Assembly (NCBI GenBank): GCA_052148435.1
Contig: JBKQIF010000055.1
Coordinates: 3,309 to 67,308 of the forward strand
Length of the DNA: 64,000 nt
Source of the DNA: Bryobacteraceae bacterium
GTDB lineage: Bacteria; Acidobacteriota; Terriglobia; Bryobacterales; Bryobacteraceae
Direction: 5' to 3'
Below are positions 57,388 through 64,000 of the stretch, piece after piece. The position numbers and the translations under genes are program-made. Numbering within the stretch: the stretch's first letter is position 1; every line of letters starts with the position of its first letter. Under the pieces are notes generated by a model. That model had not been told where the DNA came from, searched no databases, and saw only the letters and a program-made list of their open reading frames with translations.

Positions 57388-57720
57388 ATGTTTGACCGAT
57401 CGAAGTTGACGGGCGACGCGGCGCCCACGCCGGTGGCCGGAGGGCTCGCGGCCGCGCCTGACGCGGATAGCAAGAACTGGATGATTTACCACCCCACCAA
57501 GGGGCACAGGGTCGTTACCAAAGATAGCCCCGAGCACAAGGCGCACCTGGGCGACGGCTGGCAGGACGACCCGATTCCGCCGGCGCCGGAACCCGCGCCG
57601 GACGAAGATCGGATCGGCGCACTCGAGAGCCTGAACATCGAAGCGGAGCTGATGGCGCTGCATGCAATAGGGGATGCGCTCGCCGGCCGGATCGCCGCGC
57701 TCGAGACCAAAAGGAAATAG
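57388..57720 (+). CDS. Hypothetical phage protein (110 aa)
   Basis: The ATG lies 7 nt after the AGGAG RBS. The upstream part of the track ORF overlaps the terminator and was trimmed. C-terminal coiled-coil segment. Confidence 0.55.
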   Translation: MFDRSKLTGDAAPTPVAGGLAAAPDADSKNWMIYHPTKGHRVVTKDSPEHKAHLGDGWQDDPIPPAPEPAPDEDRIGALESLNIEAELMALHAIGDALAGRIAALETKRK

Positions 57721-57726
57721 GCCGCC

Positions 57727-58413
57727 ATGTCGCTGGTATCGGACATCCTGGGCGACTCGCTGATGTACATCGGGGCATACGGCCCCGGTGAAACCGTCTC
57801 CACGGACGATCAGACATTCGCGTTGCGGCTCGTGAACCGGGTACTGGATAGCTGGAGCGCGCGAAAGCTGTCTCCGATCGGCATCAACCGGGCGAGCTAT
57901 GGGCTGAGCGGAGCGGGGTCTTATACCTTCGGATCGTCCGGGACGTGGGTGGCTTCCACTCGGCCGATCAAGATCAAGGCGGCGTCGGTGTTAGCGGCGA
58001 ACGGGATCGAGAAAGAGTGCCGCATCGCCAGCGCGGAGCAGTGGGCGGCGGTAGCGGACAAGACGCGCACCGGGATTTTCGTCGAGGATCTGTACTGGGA
58101 TGGGGGCTTCCCGAGCGGGAACGTATACGTTTCGCCGATACCGGCGGGCGGCAACGCGATCCTGTACACCTACCAGCCGATCGGCGACTTCGCGAGCCTG
58201 ACGGACACGGTTAGCCTGCCCGCGGGCTACGAGCGCGCGTTGGTGATCAGCTTCGCTCTGGAGCTGTGCATCCCGTTCGGGCGGCCGATTCCGGACGGAT
58301 TGCCGCAACTGGCGCAGGAAGCGCTCATGACCATCGCCAGCCTCTCGGCCGAGATTCTGGGCACACCGGTTCCCCAGCCGGCGCCGCAAGCGCCGCAAGG
58401 ACCCAAGCAGTGA
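57727..58413 (+). CDS. Head-tail adaptor / tail tubular-A-like protein (paralog 1)
   Basis: The position after the coat gene, the size (228 aa) and the N-terminal ...ALRLVNRVLDSWSARKL pattern are shared with the next gene. The function call comes from synteny with P22 gp4 / T7 gp11-type modules. Confidence 0.4.
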   Translation: MSLVSDILGDSLMYIGAYGPGETVSTDDQTFALRLVNRVLDSWSARKLSPIGINRASYGLSGAGSYTFGSSGTWVASTRPIKIKAASVLAANGIEKECRIASAEQWAAVADKTRTGIFVEDLYWDGGFPSGNVYVSPIPAGGNAILYTYQPIGDFASLTDTVSLPAGYERALVISFALELCIPFGRPIPDGLPQLAQEALMTIASLSAEILGTPVPQPAPQAPQGPKQ

Positions 58414-59159
58414 CTTTAGCGGACCTCCTCAACAGCGCGGCGAAGGCGCTGGGCAAGCTGCGCTCCGGAGGCGGGTTGTGCGCGAGCGAGCTGGCGGACG
58501 GTCTGACGGTAGCCAACGGCCTGGTGGATTACTGGCTCACCCGGAAGGCCTTCGTCTATACGACGCGCATGGACGAATACACGTTCAGCGACAAAGGACC
58601 GCCGGATGCGAATAACCCGGCGGTGTACGAGTTGGGTCCGGGCTCGACGGACTGGCCGGGCAGCGTGCGGCCGACGCGGATCGAGCGCGCGAACATCATC
58701 CTGAACGACAGTTCGCCGGGAGTCTTCATTCCGCTCGATATTTTGGACGTCGACCAGTGGGCGGACATCTCTCTGGAGCAAATGCCGGTCACGCTGCCGA
58801 CGAAGATGTACCCGGATTACGCGAACCCGAACTGCAATCTGTATTTCTGGGGCCAGCCGACGCTGCCGTACATCCTGCAGCTTTTCACCTGGCAGCAGCT
58901 CGCGGCCTTCGCCGCACTGGGGGAGGAAATCGCCTTCCCGCCCGGTTATTACTCGGCGTTTCTCTACAGCCTGGCGGAGGTATTGGGGCCGCAGTGGAAC
59001 GTCCAGGTTCCGCTTATGGTGACGGCCCAGGCGCGGAAGGCGCGGGCCGGGATTCAGAGCCTGAATTCGCGGGCGCCGAAGCTGCACACGCGGGACGCGG
59101 GGATGCCGCCGAGCACCCAGCGGACGCCTTACTTCAATTACCGCACGCGAGGATTTTGA
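58410..59159 (+). CDS. Head-tail adaptor / tail tubular-A-like protein (paralog 2)
   Basis: The GTG overlaps the upstream stop (GTGA). ...GLTVANGLVDYWLTRKAF...RPTRIERANII...LYFWGQPT...PPGYYSAFLYSLAEVLG parallels ...RPIKIKAASVL...VYVSPIPA...PAGYERALVISFALELC of the preceding protein. Confidence 0.4.
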   Translation: MTLADLLNSAAKALGKLRSGGGLCASELADGLTVANGLVDYWLTRKAFVYTTRMDEYTFSDKGPPDANNPAVYELGPGSTDWPGSVRPTRIERANIILNDSSPGVFIPLDILDVDQWADISLEQMPVTLPTKMYPDYANPNCNLYFWGQPTLPYILQLFTWQQLAAFAALGEEIAFPPGYYSAFLYSLAEVLGPQWNVQVPLMVTAQARKARAGIQSLNSRAPKLHTRDAGMPPSTQRTPYFNYRTRGF

Positions 59160-61085
59160 TTGCGCTTTGACGCCTTCACTTCCGGGTTCTATTCGTTTCC
59201 CTCGCTGGACGCGGCCAGCCAGGCGGCGATGAACTATTACCCCGACCTGGTGGAATGGGCCGCGCCGAGCAGCGCCAACCCCGGAGGCGCGGAGAAAGCC
59301 CGCAAGGTGCTCTCTCCCACGCCGGGGCTCTCCTTGTATGGCACGCTGCCCACCGGGCCCATACGCGGGCTGTGGGCGGGGGAAAACCGGCTATTCGCGG
59401 CGGCAGGCTCATTCCTCTACGAGGTGTTGGGGCCTTCGTCTTTCACTAGTCATGGGCTGATCGGTAACGACGGCAACCCGGTGCAGATCATTTCGAACGG
59501 CGACCAGTTGTTCGTGGTGTCGGCCGGATTGGCCTATTGCGACAACGGAGCGGGCGCGCAGGTGTGCCAGTTTTCCTCCCAGCTCTACGATCTCCAGATC
59601 GACGCGGCCACGGGAGGTCTCACCGGAGACACGGGGGGAATCTTCAATTCCACGGACGTCGGTATGACGGTGCAGATCACCAATGCGGGACTGCCTCCGT
59701 CGGGCAGCGGGGCGGCGTTCACGATCCAATCTCAAGTCATCACCTCGGTGAACAGCCAGGGCGAGGCCTTCGGAGCGGCTTCGTGGGGCGTGGCCGGATC
59801 CATGGAAGGTACGGGGGTGGAATGGCTGGGAGCGCCACTGGCACTCACCGGACTCTCGATCACCGCGGGCGGCGGACTCTCGGGCTATACCTTCACCAGT
59901 GCCGATGTGGGCTGCCTGATGCAAATCACGGGGGGCGCCGGCTTCACCGTGGCATCGCAGACCATCACCTCGGTGGTGGGCGGCGTAGCTTTCGGGAATT
60001 CCGACTGGGGCTCCAACGGCTCGACGGGAGGCGCCGGCACGCTGTGGCAGGGACAAACCCTGGCGGCCGCCAACGGGGCCTTTTTGGATAGCAGTTGCTT
60101 CGCCGCGCAGCCAGGCTCGAAGCTGGTCTACTACTCCGCCATCAACGACGCCACGAGCTGGGACCCGCTGAACTTTTTCAGTAAGGAGGCCTATCCGGAC
60201 GCGGTTGCGGCACTGATGGCCGACCATGAGCAACTGTATATTCACGGGGCGCTGGAATCGACGGAAGTATGGGCGAGCACCAGCAGCGGGACGAATCCCT
60301 TCCAGCGGAACCCGAGCTACTTCATGCACTACGGCAACGGCGCGCCCTACGCCACCTGCCGGCTGAGCGCGGGAGTGGCGTGGATCGGCGGCGACGTACG
60401 CAGAGGCGAGAGGGTCGCTTTCCTGGCGTTAGGTTTTGTGCCTCAACGGATTTCGACGGCGGCGATCGAGAAGGCCTGGGCGGCATATGCCACGGTGCAG
60501 GACGCGGTGAGCTACACCTGCATCATGGACGGCCACGAGTTCTGGGTCATCAGTTTCCCCACCGGCAACGCGACCTGGGTGTACGACGCGACGCTGGGCG
60601 AGTGGCACCAACGGGGCTGGTGGAACGGAACGGGCTGGGACCGGCAGCGCGGGGCGTTCCACGCATGCATCGGCGTCGACACAATCGACGAAGTTCATTA
60701 CGTGGGCGACTGGCAGAACTACAACCTGTACACGATGTCGAGCGCCTACGTGGAAGACAACGGGGTGCAGATTCACAGGCGCCGGCGGGCTTCCCACCTG
60801 TGCAACGAGAAAAAGTGGCGCTTCTATTCGCTGTTCGAGCTGGACTGCGATAACGACGACGCGGACGTGGACGGCGCGCCGCCGCGAGTGCGGTGGCTGC
60901 GCTGCGGCCGGAGTCGCGACCGGATCTTCCAGATCGACGACGATGGCGACGGAAACCTGACGCTAAGCTATTCCGACGACAACTGCCTCACGTTCACGAC
61001 TCGCGCGTCGATTAGCGTATCCAGCGCGGCGGCCGCCATTACCATCGTGACGGCGTACCTGGAATTCACGGAAGGGACGGGATAG
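59160..61085 (+). CDS. Tail hub / nozzle-like protein (P22 gp10 / T7 gp12-type position), probably a beta-propeller
   Basis: 641 aa with repeated G..LY.V / G.L.(V/I) strands (GLWAGENRLFAAAGSFLYEV, NGDQLFVVSAGLAYCD...). TTG start directly after the previous stop. The function call is from synteny only. Confidence 0.35.
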   Translation: MRFDAFTSGFYSFPSLDAASQAAMNYYPDLVEWAAPSSANPGGAEKARKVLSPTPGLSLYGTLPTGPIRGLWAGENRLFAAAGSFLYEVLGPSSFTSHGLIGNDGNPVQIISNGDQLFVVSAGLAYCDNGAGAQVCQFSSQLYDLQIDAATGGLTGDTGGIFNSTDVGMTVQITNAGLPPSGSGAAFTIQSQVITSVNSQGEAFGAASWGVAGSMEGTGVEWLGAPLALTGLSITAGGGLSGYTFTSADVGCLMQITGGAGFTVASQTITSVVGGVAFGNSDWGSNGSTGGAGTLWQGQTLAAANGAFLDSSCFAAQPGSKLVYYSAINDATSWDPLNFFSKEAYPDAVAALMADHEQLYIHGALESTEVWASTSSGTNPFQRNPSYFMHYGNGAPYATCRLSAGVAWIGGDVRRGERVAFLALGFVPQRISTAAIEKAWAAYATVQDAVSYTCIMDGHEFWVISFPTGNATWVYDATLGEWHQRGWWNGTGWDRQRGAFHACIGVDTIDEVHYVGDWQNYNLYTMSSAYVEDNGVQIHRRRRASHLCNEKKWRFYSLFELDCDNDDADVDGAPPRVRWLRCGRSRDRIFQIDDDGDGNLTLSYSDDNCLTFTTRASISVSSAAAAITIVTAYLEFTEGTG

Positions 61086-61086
61086 G

Positions 61087-61539
61087 GTGTCGCTGCCAAC
61101 CCTGACGGCCTTTTTTCAGGGGCAAGCGTATACGCCGCTGAATTCGCCCTGGACCGGATTCTTCAGCGCACTGGACGCGTTGCTGGGCGCCAGCGGGACG
61201 GCGGTAGCGGCGGAGACGTATTCGCTGGGCGCGGAAGGGACGCTGGCCATTGCGAGCGACGTGGCGCCGAAGACTTACGTGATGACGAGCGTCACGCCCT
61301 CCACATTGCGGCTGGATCTGAAGCAGGCTCCGGTGGGAGCGAACCTGGTGGTGGCGCTGAGCTACTACACCACGCCGGGAGAGACCACGCTGGTAGCCAC
61401 CTTCACGGCGGGGCCGGGCGAGTTATCGGATACGCAGACAAGCACGGTGGCCGTTCCGGCGGGGGCGTGGTGGGAAGTGGATATTACCAGCGTGGGGACG
61501 ACGTTTCCGGGGTCGGATCTGACGGTGACGGTGCAATGA
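61087..61539 (+). CDS. Hypothetical phage structural protein (150 aa)
   Basis: GTG start 2 nt after the previous stop. GC3-rich. No recognised motif. Confidence 0.45.
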   Translation: MSLPTLTAFFQGQAYTPLNSPWTGFFSALDALLGASGTAVAAETYSLGAEGTLAIASDVAPKTYVMTSVTPSTLRLDLKQAPVGANLVVALSYYTTPGETTLVATFTAGPGELSDTQTSTVAVPAGAWWEVDITSVGTTFPGSDLTVTVQ

Positions 61540-61543
61540 CACC

Positions 61544-64000
61544 ATGAGCGCGATGAGCAAACTCGATCCGCGGTACGCCATCAGTCTGAACGGCTTCGAC
61601 CGGCGCGGCGCGGTGGCCAGCATCAACAATGCTTCGGCGTCCGGTTTCACTGTTTCCGGCTGCTGGTCCGATCAAGCGGATTTTGCGGTGGTCTATCTCT
61701 GGAACGCGGACGATCTGTACGGGCACTTGTTCACGAGCCGTTACCTACCGGATTTCTCACTCGCGGGAGTGACTCTGGATTTCGACCTGGCTGTAACGGG
61801 CTGCATGAATCCGACCAGCGCGAAATACCCGAGCGTGCCATGGAACGCGCTGAGCTACATCACCAGCGCGGAGGCCTCCGGGACGGTGGCATTGCCGGCG
61901 CCGACGTCGACGACGGGAGCGATGGCGGCGAGCTGCAGCTTTACGGTGGCGGGCACGCCGACGATCTACGACCGGATCCAGTTGGTTTACCTGGGCAATG
62001 TGTTGGCCGACCTTTCGACGATCGCCACGGGGCAGACTCTCGCGACGGTGGCCACCAACCTGGCGACGCTGATTAACGGTCTGAGTTCTTCGACCGTGCC
62101 GATTATGGCGACGAGCTCCGGGGCGACGGTCACCCTCACTTGCACGCAGCCGGGCAGGGACGGCAACGGGATCCAGTTGCTGTCGATGTACAAGACCACG
62201 GGCAATACGCAGCTCTACCCGACGGCGAGTTCATCAACAGCGAGCGGACAGACGGGGAAACTGACGGGCGGCGCGGATCCCACGTCGATGCACTACCACT
62301 TGGATTTCTCGGCCTTGGGCTTGGCGAGCTGCCGGCAGATCTGGCTGACCCTGGCGCCGTGGCTGACGTACGACTCCGGGACGGTGAACCCTTCGCTGGT
62401 GGCTTACGCGCCAATGGAGTTTTCGGCTGTCTTCGCGAATTGGACGGTGGCAGATCCGAACGGGGTGACGCCGCTGAAGATCGCGGGGCCGGGTTCGGTG
62501 ACGATCGGCAACCGGGACGCCTGGACGCAATACGCCGGCACGGGCTGGGCGCGGCAAGTGGGCGACTACTTCGAGGGCTTCGCGCAGCAATCCGCGAATG
62601 CGGGCGACACGGTGACGGTGGCTTATTCGTGCCAGTACACGCACAATCTGTACCTGGGGACGGCGCTTTCGACGACGGGTGGGGAATTCGGCGTTTCGGT
62701 GGACCGGGGCGCGGCGGCGGTGGTGAATACTTACGCCGATGCGCTGGCGGCATTCGCCGGCCGGCGGCTCATTGCGAGCGGAGTGGCGGCGGGAATTCAC
62801 CTGGTCACCTTCACGGTGGCGTCGGGAGCGTGCCTGTTCGATTACTTACAGGCGGCGGTGCTCTCGAATCCGGTGGCGCCGGCGGCGACTTACGCGGGGG
62901 TCAATTGCGCGTGCGACTACGACACCGATCAGACGTATAAGATTCCGCCGGCGCGGGCGCTGTTCGTCCTTTCGCAGATGGGTTTCGGGGGGGACATCGA
63001 CTTTTACGCGGGAGTGTTTTTCGCCCTGAAGCGAGTGAGGAACGGCGGGAACTTTCACCAGGCGACGGTAACTCTTGCGGGCACGATCGGGGTGGGCAAT
63101 TCGTTCGGGGTGGGCGCGGACACGATCTGGCTTTCGCTGGGCGGACCGCAGGGGCACGGCACGCCGATCGGCGGGGCGACAAGCATGGGGGGAAACCCCA
63201 CGGGCACGACGGTGAGCCCCTGGAACGCGGTGACGGTATTCGGCGCCGCGGCTTACCCGGCGGACACCTTGACCACGCTGGCGCAGCGGATGGTGAACGC
63301 CATCAACGGTACGTTCGTGGGAATTTGCGCGGCGCCGACAACGACGGCCGGGCAGTTCACCATTACCGTGCTGAGTCCGATTAACGGATTCAGCCTCGAC
63401 GTTTCGCTCAGCGCGGGCGCGAGTATGACGCTAAGCGTCGCCGGCGACATCGGGACCGCGGAGCTGGTGGGCGGCAACGAAGGCACCTGGGCGGTGGATT
63501 CGAGCCAGGCTTCGCCGTTGAACCGCGGCTTCAGGGATTACCTGGCGGACTTCGCCGGCCTGGTGCACGCGGCCGGGCGGACGATGACGGTGGCGTTCTC
63601 GCAAGAATTGCTGGCGCCCCCGGATCTGAATACGAGCGTGGGCGCCTGGTCGCAGCGGTTCCCGGACGGTGCGAGCGTGTTGACGGATACGGGGTTTGGG
63701 AGCTGGGGCGCGGGCGTGGTGGATGGAGTGAGCGGGTCGGGACCGCAGACAGTGGAACAGATCGGCCACGGCTACATCACCGGCAACACGGTACATGTGG
63801 CGCAGGGGGCGTCGGGCGCCGTGTGGGCTGCGACCGTGACCGACAGCAACCATTATCGGCTCACCACCCTGGTGAGCGGGACGAGTTTCACGGCGGCGGC
63901 GGGGGCGACGACGCTGATCGACCTGCAGACGAGCCAATGCACCTTCAATGCGGCGACGGTCACGGCATATTTGGCGCTCTGCTATGTGCAGGCGGCGGAC
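61544..64000 (+). CDS. Large tail fiber/tailspike-like structural protein, 5' part (>819 aa, 3' end outside the window); absent from the supplied ORF track
   Basis: Manual translation from ATG 61544 (MSAMSKLDPRYAISLNGFDRRGAVASINNASASGFTVSGCW...) gives 819 codons with no stop up to position 64000 and uniformly GC3-rich codons. Listed minus-strand ORFs here are Pro/Arg/Ser-rich shadows. Confidence 0.7.
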   Translation, partial: MSAMSKLDPRYAISLNGFDRRGAVASINNASASGFTVSGCWSDQADFAVVYLWNADDLYGHLFTSRYLPDFSLAGVTLDFDLAVTGCMNPTSAKYPSVPWNALSYITSAEASGTVALPAPTSTTGAMAASCSFTVAGTPTIYDRIQLVYLGNVLADLSTIATGQTLATVATNLATLINGLSSSTVPIMATSSGATVTLTCTQPGRDGNGIQLLSMYKTTGNTQLYPTASSSTASGQTGKLTGGADPTSMHYHLDFSALGLASCRQIWLTLAPWLTYDSGTVNPSLVAYAPMEFSAVFANWTVADPNGVTPLKIAGPGSVTIGNRDAWTQYAGTGWARQVGDYFEGFAQQSANAGDTVTVAYSCQYTHNLYLGTALSTTGGEFGVSVDRGAAAVVNTYADALAAFAGRRLIASGVAAGIHLVTFTVASGACLFDYLQAAVLSNPVAPAATYAGVNCACDYDTDQTYKIPPARALFVLSQMGFGGDIDFYAGVFFALKRVRNGGNFHQATVTLAGTIGVGNSFGVGADTIWLSLGGPQGHGTPIGGATSMGGNPTGTTVSPWNAVTVFGAAAYPADTLTTLAQRMVNAINGTFVGICAAPTTTAGQFTITVLSPINGFSLDVSLSAGASMTLSVAGDIGTAELVGGNEGTWAVDSSQASPLNRGFRDYLADFAGLVHAAGRTMTVAFSQELLAPPDLNTSVGAWSQRFPDGASVLTDTGFGSWGAGVVDGVSGSGPQTVEQIGHGYITGNTVHVAQGASGAVWAATVTDSNHYRLTTLVSGTSFTAAAGATTLIDLQTSQCTFNAATVTAYLALCYVQAAD

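Larger units (their letters stand above)
44333..64000. mobile_element. Integrated prophage, left portion (P22-like head module); right end beyond the window, att sites not identified
   Basis: A tyrosine integrase is followed by a divergent regulator. After that comes a single-direction, translationally coupled gene train with terS, terL, portal, scaffold, P22-family coat, adaptor/hub-like and tail genes. Confidence 0.85.

Overview
High-GC bacterial chromosome segment, probably Acidobacteriota (Solibacter/Bryobacter-like). That guess rests on a Solibacter-type C-terminal domain, a GWxTD protein, a PEP-CTERM protein and dense REP-like hairpin repeats. Positions 1-44.2 kb are chromosomal. In order they carry: a glutaryl-CoA dehydrogenase 3' end; a membrane-fused spermidine-synthase-like protein; a 1274-aa secreted Ig-like-repeat protein; a type IV pilus/T2SS-like operon (LolA-like, GspF/PilC, GspE/PilB, PilM/N/O/P-like, pseudopilin/GspK-like) with no secretin or pilin gene; a Tat-exported unknown protein; a POT peptide transporter; a GWxTD / CarboxypepD_reg / amidohydrolase trio; a lower-GC cassette of a PEP-CTERM protein, a VAO/PCMH-type flavoprotein and a LuxI/OlsB-like N-acyltransferase; a pdxR-pdxS-pdxT-LMW-phosphatase operon; a 968-aa single-chain N6-adenine methyltransferase/restriction-like enzyme next to a Phd-VapC toxin-antitoxin pair; a Memo-like protein; a serine hydrolase; thiL; a cold-shock protein; an alpha/beta hydrolase; an AroD-AroE fusion; and a small Tat-signal protein plus amidase. 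From about 44.3 kb to the window end lies the left part of an integrated prophage with a P22-like head module. It has a tyrosine integrase, two LuxR-type HTH regulators, tightly coupled small early genes, terS/terL, portal, scaffold, P22-family coat, adaptor/hub-like proteins and a >819-aa tail protein ORF that runs off the window and is missing from the supplied ORF track. I saw no rRNA, tRNA or CRISPR array by eye. Many long ORFs in the track are antisense shadows typical of high-GC DNA and were rejected. All functional calls come from motif recognition in the translations. No database search was run.
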